NCBI RefSeq assembly: GCF_963921235.1
Contig: NC_086107.1
Location: 103,666,001-103,730,000 of the forward strand
Origin: Mobula hypostoma
Lineage: Eukaryota
Direction of reading: 5' to 3'
Length of the DNA: 64,000 bases
This document shows positions 52,255-63,399 of the stretch, in pieces (the stretch's first letter is position 1; each line of letters begins with the position of its first letter). The notes beneath the pieces are model-generated. The model ran no database searches. It was given only the letters and a program-made list of their open reading frames with translations, and was not told the DNA's origin. The position numbers were made by a program, and so were the translations under genes.

Positions 52255-52659
52255 TGTTTGAAGGCTCCGTGATGTTTAGCAGAAGACATTAAACCAAGGC
52301 TTTCCTTACTGTCTGATATTAGATGCTAGCAATCTCCTGACCACCATTGTCTCAGCATCCGAGGATTAACATTAATCCCCCGGTCAGCATGACTGCACCT
52401 GCCTCCCTCATCACTGATAGCCCACGTTGCTCATTGTAGGCACACTGTACACGATTTGTCCATTGTCTCCCTGAGGCCTCCACTGCAACGGTGACTGCTC
52501 CTCAGACTACACCGAGCTTTGTGTTGTCCTGAAGTTGGGAAGGGCGGCGAAGAGATTCGAGTCGTCCAGTTAGCGACAGGGTGATCATTGAGTCCTGACG
52601 CAAGACTGCTTCGTAGCAGCACGGTGTTCTGTCTCACAGCCTCTTCTCTCATCCACTAG

Positions 52660-52779
52660 GACCAGTCAGACAAAGACAGAGCTCTGGCCCCATCATCTGC
52701 ACAGATTGTATCGTCGGCTGCGATCCAGCACAAGCTGGGCATGTCCGGTGTGCCTCGCTCTTTCCCGGTGTCGGCAGGG
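52660..52779 (+). CDS. TEAD exon, linker (DQSDKDRALAPSSAQIVSSAAIQHKLGMSGVPRSFPVSAG)
   Basis: 120 nt; acceptor ctcttctctcatccactag, donor GGG|gtaggt; resembles TEAD1 DQTAKDKAL...SSAQIVSATAIHNKLGLPGIPR. Confidence 0.92.
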
Positions 52780-53211
52780 GTAGGTAATGATTTTACTTTC
52801 GGGGTCTGGATGAAACAGTCACACACTGAGCCATTGGGGAGTTGCTGTCCATCAGTAAACTCACGCATTAGTGGAAACAGGTGGGTCCGATGCATGGGCG
52901 ACGAAGAGTGTTACAAGACATCACCTGCAGTTGCTGCATTTAGCAACATGCATCCATCCCCAGCCCTTCACTTCAAGATTACTTAACGTCATTTTCAAAG
53001 TTCAAAGCTCTAAGTAAATGTTATTATCAGCATACATATACAACCCTGAGGTTCTTTATTTTTCCCTCGCGGACATAATCAGCAAACCTATAGAATAGGA
53101 GCTATGACAGGATCAGTGAAAGATCAACCAGAAGAGAAACTGTGCAAATGCAGATATGAATAAACAGCAATAAATAATGAGAACATGAAATAACAAGATA
53201 AAATGAGGTCA

Positions 53212-53990
53212 ATGGTTGTGGGAACATCTCCCACCCGGCACTTATCCCTGTAAGCGTAAGTGCTACACCTGTCCCTACACCTCCTCTCTTGCCACCATTG
53301 AGGGCCGCAAACAGTCCTTCCACTCACTTGTGAGTCTGTTGGGGTCATCTATTGCATCCGGTGCTCCCGGTGCGGCCTCCTCTACATCGGTGAAACCCGA
53401 CGCAGATTGGGGGACTGCTTCGTCAAGCACCTCTGCTCCCTCCGCCACAACGGACAGGATCTCCCGGTAGCCACCCACTTCAACTCTGCTTCCCATTCCC
53501 ATTCAGATATGTCCATACGTGGCCTCCTCTACTGCCATGATGAGGCTAAACTCAGGTTGGAGGAGCAACACCTCATATACCGTCTAGGTAGTCTCCAGCC
53601 CCTTGGTACGAACATTGAATTCTCCAACCTCTGGTAATTCCCTCTCCCTCCCTTCCCCTATCTCTATTTCACTCTGACCCCTCCCCCAGCTGCCTACCAC
53701 CTCCCTCATGGTTCCGCCTCCTTCTACTATCCATTGTGTTTTCCCCTATTCCTTCTTCACCTTTCCTGCCTATCACCTCCCTGCTTCCCCTCCCCCACCC
53801 CTTTATCTTTCCCCTTACTGGTTTTTCACCTGGCACCTACCAGCCTTCTCCTTCCCACCCTCCCCCACCTTCTTTATAGGGCCTCTGCCCCTTCCCCCTA
53901 CAGTCCTGACGAAGGGTTCCGGCCGGAAACGTTGACTGATCGTTTCCACGGATGCTGCCCAACCTGCTGAGTTCCTCCAGCGTGTTGTGA
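53212..53990 (+). mobile_element. Penelope-like element 3' fragment with GIY-YIG endonuclease remnant
   Basis: PGTYPCKRKCYTC, VIYCIRCSRCGLLYIGETRRRLGD...F.KHL and LEEQHLIYRLGSLQP motifs. Confidence 0.9.
53901..53938 (+). ncRNA. Minimal type I hammerhead ribozyme-like motif (Penelope pLTR)
   Basis: cagtc-CTGACGA-stem II-GAAAC-GTT-gactg; stem I is intact, stem II is imperfect. Confidence 0.65.
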
Positions 53991-55426
53991 GTGGCACATA
54001 TAGCAACCCCTTAAAACATATCAGTAAAATACAGTCACCCACAAAAATAAAGTCCAAGTCCCCGAGTCCATCAATGTTGCAGCAGTCTGCAGTTGAACAC
54101 AATGCAGCTTGTCTTCTGCCGAGCGAACACCGGGGGGCAGCACTGAGACCAGCATGGATGCCTCTGATTCAGATTCAGTAGTCAGAGATGAAATTACGGA
54201 TGGACCAAATACAAGTGTGCATGGTTCCCTAAAGATGGGGTCACAGGTATGTGGTGAAGTGATTTGGCATTTGGCACACCGCCCTTCTTGAGTATAAAAC
54301 TTGTGATTCATGATGTAGTTATAAAGGACGCTGGTGAGGTCACACATGATCATCTGCATCATACGACACGGCACGTAACGATGATGTTGTTATTGCCGCG
54401 TGTACCGAGAAACAGTAAAGAGGTCTTGTTTGCATGCCGCCCTGATAGATCATTCCAAGTTAATTAATTCCCCCCGAAGGGTCTCAGCCCGAAATGTCGA
54501 CTGTACTCTTTTCCCTAGTTGCTGCCTGGCCTGCCGAGTTCCTCCAGCATTTTGTGTGTGTTGCTCGGATTTCCAGCATCTGCAGATTTTCTCTTGTTTG
54601 TAACTAATCCCATATATCTTTCATATTAAGAGTGGCAGATTAGATAAACGCACCTATTGAGATTATACCTGTGGATTGTTACGTTTTAATCACATGCTTA
54701 AACTATTACTGATTTTGGCTGGACCAGACTCCGCTGATTTATTCAAAGTTTCAAAGTACACTCGTGATCAAAGTGCAGGGTAATGTAGAAACTTAATTCA
54801 CAACCACCGACCTTGAGCCGCAGTTCACCTTAAGAGACTGGTCTGACGTGACGATGTGACCTTTTTTTTAACCAAGTTTTATGTTCTGCGTTTGGTTGAC
54901 AATGAAGTGAGTTGTTACGGTTAAACTTAAAATGTCTCTGCCATTTTATTTACGAAAGCCTCCAAAAGTATGTACAGTAATGTGCCAAGCTCTTAGGCAA
55001 ATATTTATATATATAGCTAAGGTGTCTAAGACTTTTGCACAGTACTGCATTTCTCAATGTGGAATGAAGAGCCCGTTTGTAAATCTGGTGAGGGCAAAGT
55101 TTGTTGCGAATGGTGAGGCTGGAGTGCCACGGGAGGGGTGTGGAACAGGTGGCAGAGAAGCAGTGCCAGGGGCAGGGGGTGGAACGGGTGCAGGCACACC
55201 CAGCCCTGAGACACCAGGCAAGGTCATTTGATTCCAAACAATTGCTTTATTGATCATTGCAGAATGTCACTGGTGCTTTCTGCCCCTGATTTCCCAACCA
55301 TGATTCCCCTCTCCCTGTCCCCTTCCCACTCTCAGCCCGCAATAGGGACCCATATCAGAATCAGGTTTATCATCACTCACATATGTCATGAAATATACTT
55401 TATTTTGCGGTACAGTGCAATACATA

Positions 55427-56125
55427 TGTAGCCCCCCCCCCCCCGGCCAGCCTCAGGGTCGCTTGGCTCACTGTCGTCCAGGGAAACAGCCTCGGCCCCG
55501 CCAAACTGGGTAATTAGTTTGTGTGGATGCTGTGTGAGGTACCCCACCCCGCCCAAATAACAGACAATACACCAGATACGATTAAATGATTTACAGTTTA
55601 TAGATATTACTGGAACTATATAATTAATAGAGAATAAAATATAAAAGGAAAATAAAAGGCACCACACTTATCAAAGTTCAATCTCTTCGTGCACAAAACA
55701 GTTGGAGCTCAGGACCCTTCTTCTCCACCCTACGACCCTTCGGACCACCTCGACCGGCTGCCTGGGACCAACAACGATGGTCGACCAGACGCTTCACACG
55801 AGTCCGTCTCCGTCTCCTCTCCTCACTGAACGCCCTCCTCGGGGTCCGACCCCGTTAGCGGACTCACAGCACCTGGTCCATCCTCTGTCTTTCTCTCCCA
55901 CCTTCTCCCCAAAACCCCGCGCATACAGTGTCTTCAAATACACCAAAAACATAACAAATATCCCATTGGTTCATTCGTCCTCATATCAATAGATAATACA
56001 AAACTGCTAGTGGGAAGGACTTTCTCAGCGTTTAGCATAACAAAGAAGCATTCCTAAGTATAACATAACAAAGAAGCCATTTTAATTAGCCTACACAGTA
56101 ACATAAAAGACAAAACCCCCTTACA
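55427..56125 (-). mobile_element. Solo LTR (Gypsy or ERV1 type), 699 bp
   Basis: TGTA...TACA termini and 4-bp TSD CATA (55423-55426 / 56126-56129). Confidence 0.8.
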
Positions 56126-56179
56126 CATAGAATTACTACAGTACTGTGCAGAAATGCGAGGTGCCCTGGCTATGTAAAG

Positions 56180-56615
56180 CAGCACACACAAAATGCCGAA
56201 GGAACTCAGCAGGTCAGTCAGCGTCTATGGAAATGAATAAACAGTCTACATTTCAGGCCGAGACCCTTCTTCTGGACTGGAAAAGAAGGGAGAAGATGCC
56301 AGAATAAAAAGGTGGAAGGTGATGGATGAAGCCAGGTGGGTGGGAAAGGTAAAGGGCTGGAGAGGAATTACTCAGTAAGGTGAGGAGAGTGGACCATGGG
56401 AAAAAGGGAAGGAAGAGGGGACCCAGGAGGAGGCGAGAAGAAATAAGAGGCCAGAGTGGGGAATAGAAGAACAGGGGAAGGGAGAAGGATTTTTTTTTTA
56501 ATAGGGAGAGGTTGATATTCATGCCATCAGGTTGGAGGCTACCCAGACGGAATATAAGATGTTGCTCCTCCACCCTGAGGGTGGCCTCATCTTGTCGGAG
56601 AGGAGGACATGGAGC
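56180..56615 (-). mobile_element. Penelope-like terminal fragment
   Basis: DEATLRVEEQHLIFRLGSLQPDGMNI motif; degenerate hammerhead. Confidence 0.8.
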
Positions 56616-57044
56616 GACGTGCCTACGATTTTTGCACAGAACTGTATGAATACAGTACAGAACCCTGTAATTTATCCTCCTGTAGGCAGCCACCAAACAA
56701 AGCAACACCGTGGAATCCATTTAAACAAAAACATCAAAGACTTAATGCACAAAAATGAGAACAAATTCCGTAAAAATGGAGCAAATAACGCACAGAATAT
56801 TAAACATCAAACGGCAGGGACCCCGAAACGGATTCTTCAACTCCTTTGGTTGCACTGGTACACGTTATATCTGGCGACTAAAGCTGAGCGGGGGGGGTTT
56901 AGGTGGAAAGTTTCTCTCCCGAGTCAATGTCGAGAACTCTTACCATTTCTTAAAGAGGCGGCAAATAGATATTTTAATGTGGCCAATCTTTCTGTTGAGG
57001 AGAAAGAGAGAGGATCAATTTGGTAAGAGAGTTGCTGGGAGATC

Positions 57045-57548
57045 TGGAAGATGTAAAGATCCAGAGGAGGTTCAGGAGAATGATCCCGTGAATGAAAGGG
57101 TTAACATATGAGGAGCATTTGATGGCTCTGGGCCTGTACTTGCTGGAGTTTAGAAGAATGAGGGGGATCTCTTTGAAACCCATGGATTATTGAAAGGCCT
57201 TGATGGAGTGGATGTGGAGAGGATGTTCCCTACAGTGGAGGAGTTGAGGACCAGAGGTGACAGTGTCAGAATAGAGGGATGTCAACTTAGATTAGAGGTG
57301 AAGAAGAATCTCTTTAGCCTGAGGGTGGTGAATCTGTGGAATTCATGGCCACAGAAGTTATGGAATTTAAGTCGTTGAGTATATTTAAAGCGGAGATTGA
57401 TATGTTCCTGAGTATTCGGGCATGATAGGTTATGAAGGGAAGGCAGGAGAATGGGGTTGAGAGGGATAATAAATCAGCTGTGATGGAATGGCAGACCCAT
57501 CTGATGGGCTGAATGGCCTAATTCTGTTGCTATGTCTTATGGTTTATG
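57045..57548 (+). mobile_element. CR1 3' fragment
   Basis: KGLDGVDVERMFP...RVVNLWNS motif; tail tcttatggt. Confidence 0.8.
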
Positions 57549-57705
57549 GTATCTTACCTGTAAGGTATCCAGGCTGTTCAACTGTAGGACTGTCTCTTTC
57601 ATTCTCCATTCTGGTTCTAGTTATGGGGATATAACTGATATTGGGGAAAAAATGCTTGCTGACTATTTCTCCTTACTTATACAGCCATCTGTTTTCTTTC
57701 CGCAG

Positions 57706-57770
57706 AAGCACGAGTTCTTTCAGTTTTGGCCCGGTGTTGTAACTTCAGAGGAAGCAGGCTCCTCTCAAGA
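57706..57770 (+). CDS. TEAD exon (KHEFFQ)FWPGVVTSEEAGSSQ-D, with alternative in-frame acceptors
   Basis: Acceptors tctttccgcag (57705) and ttctttcag (57723); donor GA|gtaggt at 57771. The short form is 47 nt, like TEAD1 FWPGMIQTGQPGSSQD. Confidence 0.88.
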
Positions 57771-58451
57771 GTAGGTACAGTTCCGAGGGGCAGCTGGGAA
57801 GTTGTATGTGGCATTGGACACAACGCTGCCTTATAGAACTCCAGGAGTTCAGCGGGTCAGGCAGCGTCACTGGATGGGAACAAACAGTCGACGAGACCCT
57901 TCATCACCCGAAACGTCGACTGCTTATTCCCATCCACGATCTGCTGAGCTCCTCCAGCACATTGTGTGTGTGTGTTTCTCCAGATTTCCAGCAGAACCTC
58001 CTGTGTCTATAAACTCCATCACTGTACACACACTATTTAAGTTTGTCCACCAAAACTCTGACTAGGGTATATTTTGCAACGGGTCCCTTTCGGTCCAGGG
58101 CAATCCAGGTGTCATTGCTGGATGTGGTTTTTATTGATAGAGAGTCATAGACAGAAATGGCATGGAGACTGGCCCTTCAGTCCATCAAACCGGTGCTGAC
58201 CATCAACCACCCATTTACTCGAATCTTACATTAAACTCATTTTTCATTCTCCCCTGATTCCCATCCAACTCTCCCGGATTCTACCACACAGCTATACACC
58301 AGGAGCAATTTGCAGTGGCTTTGGGATGTGGGAAGACATCGGAGCACCTGGAGAAATCAACCTGGTAACAAGGAGAACGTGCACTCAGACAGAACCCCTG
58401 GGTCTGTGTGGCTCTGTCCACCTGTATTGTCTTGCCCTTGAGAAAGCTGTA

Positions 58452-58856
58452 GTAACACAACGTTATTTGAGTTAGTCGTCTTTCTGTCAGCTTGAACCAG
58501 TCTGGCATTTCTCCTCTGACCTCTCATTAACAAGGTGCTTTCACTCACAGAACTTTTCTTTTGCTTCTTGCACCATTCCCTGTAAACTCTAGATACTGAT
58601 GTGCATCAAAATCCCAGGAGATCAGCAGTTTCTGAGATACTCAAACCACAGTTTGGTGTCTGGCACCAACAATCATTCGACAGTCAAAGTCACTTAAGAT
58701 CACATTTCTTCTCCATTCTGATATTTGGTCTGAACATCTTCTGAACCTCTTGACCTGTCTGCATGCTTTTATGCATTGAGTTGCTGCCACGTGATTGGCT
58801 GATTAGATATTTGCATTAATGAGCAGGTGTACAGGTGTACCTAATTAAGTGAGTGT
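58452..58856 (-). mobile_element. Partial Tc1-like element (fourth copy)
   Basis: RGQRRNARLVQADRK remnant on the minus strand; degenerate TIR near 58840. Confidence 0.7.
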
Positions 58857-59739
58857 ATCTTACTTGTTTGCATTCTGACTAACATGCAGGTTTGATGGTA
58901 CTATCATGTCTCCTTCAAAGTTAAACGTTCAAGGTAAATTTATTCTTAAAATGAGTATATGTCACCCATACATTACTCTGAGATTCATTTTCTTGTGGGC
59001 ATTCACAGCAGAACAAAGAAATGCAATAGAATCAATGAAAAGCTGCACACAAACAAAGACTGACAAACTTGTTTTGTGGCTGTCTGTATGGAGACGAATC
59101 TCAAGGTTGTATAACACATACATACTTTGATAATAAATGTACTTTGAACTTTGAACCTTGAACTTTAGAAATAAGCAATAAGATGATTCAGAACTGTTTT
59201 GCTCACTGTGTTTTCAAGCATTCAGGCAGTGAGCAAAACAGTTTAGAAACTGCCAGGAGTGAAAATGAAAGGATCTCACAACTTCAACAAGTTAGGAACT
59301 ATGTAAAATTTGAAGGTATCAACCATCATCTTGAATGTTACAATGAAAATGAAGATTTGGAGAATGCAATTAGCAAAAACATTGTATGAAGGCAGTTCAT
59401 CCCCTGCACAAGGTGTCAGCATTAATTTTGTTCATTTACAGTCGATAAAAGAACACGACCACATACACTGGATGAATTCCCCCATAGGTAACTATGAGGA
59501 ACCAACACACAGTATTATAATACTGCAGTAGTATTGGTAACTTGTTCCATGTTTCATTAAAATGCAAAATTTGTTACTCGGTTAAAGAGTAGTTTGTCTT
59601 CTTTATATCATTTTAACTATTTCCATGAAACTTCATCTCATTGGGCCAGCCGCTTAATTGGGCCAAGATTTACTGGTACCAATGTGTCCCAACTATCCAG
59701 AATCCACTGTATATATAATTAAACAAGTGGCGCGCAAAG

Positions 59740-60290
59740 AGAGCAAAAATAGCGTTCATGGGTTCAGAAATCTGGAAGGAATCAGGGAAGAAGCTGCTCA
59801 TAAAATGCTGAGTGTGGATTTTCAGGGCCCTGTACCCCCTCCCTGTTGGTAGTGATGAGAAGAGGGCACGTCCTGGGTGGTGGGGCTCCTTCATACTGGC
59901 TGCTGCCTTTTTGAGGCATTGTCTTTTGAAGATGTCCACGACGCTGGGGAGGCTGGTGCCCATGATAGATCTGACTGAGTTTGCAACCCTCCGTGGCTTT
60001 TTCCAGTCCTCTGCATTGGCCCTTCTGTACCAGATGGAGATGCAACCAGTTAGAATGCTGTCCACAGTACATCTGTAGAAATGTACTAGAGCCTTTGGTG
60101 ACGTACCAAATTTCCTCAGACTCCTGAAGAAATAAAGTTGCTGAGGTGCCTTCTTCATAGCTGCATCGATATGTTGGGCCCAGAATAGATCCTTTGAGAT
60201 GCTGACTGCCAGGAACCTGAAACTGTCCACCCTTTCCACTGCTGACCCCTTCGACGTAAACTGGTGTTTGCTCCCTCAACTTCCCGTCCC
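59740..60290 (-). mobile_element. Rex1-type LINE 3' fragment
   Basis: ERVDSFRFL...LYFFRSLRKFG...FYRCTVDSILTGCI...HHPG motif. Confidence 0.8.
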
Positions 60291-60480
60291 TGACAAAACC
60301 TGGCAAAATCTATTGCAGGCATTGTGTGCAAGGTCCCACCTAAATTATCGATGATTACCTGTTGTGCATGAAATGAGCAGCTTGTGTGATGGGAATGATT
60401 CTTTGTCAAACCTCACAAGAGCCAGTGGTAGATGAAGAGCATTAATGGTTTTTTAAAAAATAAATATATTTTCCTTGCAG

Positions 60481-60545
60481 CATGAAACCTTTCATCCAAC
60501 AATCGTTTGCTGTTCAGTCAAATGTAAGCCATTCTCCTCTCTCAG
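60481..60545 (+). CDS. TEAD exon (D)MKPFIQQSFAVQSNVSHSPLS-G
   Basis: 65 nt; acceptor ttttccttgcag, donor G|gtgaga; phase 2 to 1; homologous to the DVKPF exon. Confidence 0.9.
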
Positions 60546-60871
60546 GTGAGAAAGATACTTTATATTTGGGAATTAATTTAGCTCTGAAATTATATGGTGA
60601 TCCTTTGTATAGTGCAATGTTCCTCGTGCAGTTTGATACTGTGGGCTGAATGCCTGTTTCTCTGCTATACTGTTCTGTGTATTGTGCTGACCATCAATGG
60701 ATCAATGTTTGACCACCTTGGCAGAACAAGCTTGGCACTGGCTTCACCTGACGGCTCTGCCCTGCAGTTAGGTTGGCACTGGCATCTTGTAGTGGTGCTG
60801 GCTGCCGGGAGTAGCTTGGCACTGGAATGGGCTGGTACTCCTGTGTGGAGTCTTCAATAGCACTGACACTG

Positions 60872-61245
60872 TATGTGGGTGGCGGGGTGGAGATGCATCT
60901 CTACCAAAGGAGGTGTAAGGAGCTCCTTCCCTCCGCTAGCCTGCAGGTCACCCTTGGGCAAGGTGTAGCACCCGCTTAGCCCCCTATCAGGGTCATGTGA
61001 AGCCATGGGAGCTGGTGGTGAATGGTTGTATGAGCATCTGGTGCATATCAAGTCCTGGTTATGCGACCATTGACACCAGGGATATAATCTCTGAAGAGTA
61101 TTGATAATACCTGGGGCCACCCGTTTTGTAAAGACACTGCCTAGAAGAAGGCAATGGCAAACCACTTCTGTTGAAATATTTGCCAAAAACAATCATGGTC
61201 AAAGATCATGAGTGCCCATATCAGACAACACGGCACATAATGAGT
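60872..61245 (+). mobile_element. RTE-related short element (Bov-A-like motif)
   Basis: gaagaaggcaatggcaaaccact motif; 3' end cacggcacataatga resembles the RTE end at ~19735. Confidence 0.5.
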
Positions 61246-61299
61246 GACCAAGCTGTGTGTGATTCTATTGAGCAATTTGGTTGGTGCTGGCATTGTGAC

Positions 61300-62470
61300 G
61301 ATAAGACCATAAGACAAAGGAGGAGAATTAGCCCATCGAGTCTGCTCCGCCATTCAATCATAGCTGATCCTTTTCCCCTCTCCTCAGACCACTCCCCAGC
61401 CTTTTTCCCGTAACCTTTGATGCCTTGGCCAGTCAACAACTAATCAAGCTCTGTCTTATATATACCCAACAGGCCTGCACTGCTGCCTGTTGTAACACAT
61501 TGTACAAATTCACCACCCTCTGGCTAAAGAAAATTCTCCGCATCTCTGTTTTAAATGGACGCCCCTCTATCCTGAGGCTGTGCCCTCTTGTCCTAGACTC
61601 CCTCACCATGGGAAACATCCTTTCCACATCTGCTCTGTCTAGGCCTTTCAATATTCAAAAGGCTTCAATGAGATCCCCCCTCATTCTTCTAAATTCCAGT
61701 GAGTACAGACCCAGAGCCATCAAACGTTCCTCATATGATAACCCTTTCATTCCTGGAATCATCCTTGTGAACCTCCTTTGAACGCTCTCCAATGCCAGCA
61801 CATCTTTTCTTAGATGAAGAGCCAAAAACTGTTCGCAATACTGAAAGTGAGGCCTCACCAGTGCCTTATAAAGCCTCTGCATCACATCCCTGCTCTTGTA
61901 TACTAGACCTCTTGAAATCAATGCTAACATTGCATTTGTCTTCCTCACCACCAACTCTACCTGCAAGTTAACCTTTAGGGTCTTCTGCATAAGGACTCCC
62001 GTCCCTTTGCATCTCAGATTTTTGGATTTTCTCCCTGTTTAGAAAATAGTCTGCACATTTATTTCTTCCACCAAAGTGCATGACCATGCATTTTCCAACT
62101 TTGTATTTCATTTGCCATTTTCTTGCCCATTCTCCTAGTCTAAGTCCTTCTGCAGTCTTCCTGTTTCCTTAAAACTACCTGCCCTCCACCAATCTTCGTA
62201 TCATCTTCAAACTTGGCAACAAAGCCATCTATTCCATCAACTAAGTCATTGATACACAGCATAAAAAGAAGCGGTCCCAACACCAACCCCTGCAGATCAA
62301 CACTAATCACTGGCAGCCAAACAGAAAAGGATCAACCTTGATGTGTGTTGCTTGAATTTCCAGCATCTGCAGAATTCCTCGTGTTTACCTTTTATTCCCA
62401 CTTGCTGCCTCCTACCAGTCAGCCAATGCTCTAACCATGCCAGTAACTTTCTTGTAATATGATGGGCTCT
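61300..62470 (-). mobile_element. Degraded CR1 3' fragment with a small Penelope-end insertion (~62335-62385)
   Basis: LYKALVRPH, SLEFRRMRGDLIE and FFSQRVVNL motifs. Confidence 0.88.
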
Positions 62471-62717
62471 TGGTGATCTGACATATGGAGTTGAGTTGGT
62501 ACTGGCGTTGAAGGCATTAAATTTTCTAGCTATTTGGTTGATTAGGGCAGCACATTTCGATTGGTTGAGCACCTCACTGTGAAGTGGGATGAAACTCCCA
62601 TCTAGCCGGGAGTGGGAAGCCACTGGAAAGTGTTCCAGTTTTACCGAACACCGTTGAAAGAGGGTGCCGAGGGTAATCATTACTGACGTGATTGAACACT
62701 GTGATTCCGCCATACAG

Positions 62718-62851
62718 GTTATGAAGGGGCTTCCCTCGGCCTTTCACCCGCCCGTTCACATTCAGCCTGGCAAGCTCGCTGCATTGGGACTCCGAAGATC
62801 CAACTTGTGGAATTCTCGGCATTCACGGAACAGCAGCGGGATCCAGAAACT
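62718..62851 (+). CDS. TEAD exon, start of YAP-binding domain (GYEGASLGLSPARSHSAWQARCIGTPKIQLVEFSAFTEQQRDPET)
   Basis: 134 nt; acceptor catacag, donor ACT|gtgagt; contains the WQxR-xIGT-xxLVEFSAF-xEQQRDP motif. Confidence 0.94.
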
Positions 62852-63399
62852 GTGAGTGCCTCGTGGGTAAATCCAGCCTGACAGACCAATCCAAACCGGA
62901 GGCTTTCGGGAATGTACTTATGGCCCAGTGACACTACGTTTGCATAACTTGCTCTTCTCGTTACTGATCCTTTCTCTCTACTCCAGCGTTGTGCCATTGA
63001 TGGCTTGGCCCCATTTTGTTACGTTGGATTAGCTGGTGCTCACGGGTTGGGTGCAGCAGAGAGGGGAAGGGGGGGGGCTACTACTGGCACTGTTACCCCA
63101 GCAACCCCACTCTCACTGGTGTCATATACGTGACATGTCATATCAAGGCATGCATGTGATCCTCGACTGAAAGTGGGGCAGGTACATGTAGGGCATTTTC
63201 AAATTCAGATTTTATTTCTTTATTTGTCTGTTTATTTATTTACTTGTTTATCTATCTATTTAGATATACAATGCGGAATAGGCCCTTCCAGCCCTTTTCA
63301 GCAACCCCTCCCCACCCCCGATTTAACCCTCGCCTAATCACAGGGCAATTTACAATGACTAATTAACCTACCAACCGATATGTCTTTGGCCAGAGCAAC

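Noticed and set aside
48539..52289. Pro-rich ORFs up to 559 aa on the minus strand
   Set aside because: Translations of the 31/32-bp minisatellite with constant frame switching.
43512..52659. Duplicated (mutually exclusive) helix-3 exon or VTSM-like 12-nt micro-exon
   Set aside because: No second VSSHIQ-like exon or convincing 12-nt exon was found by eye; a diverged one could have been missed.
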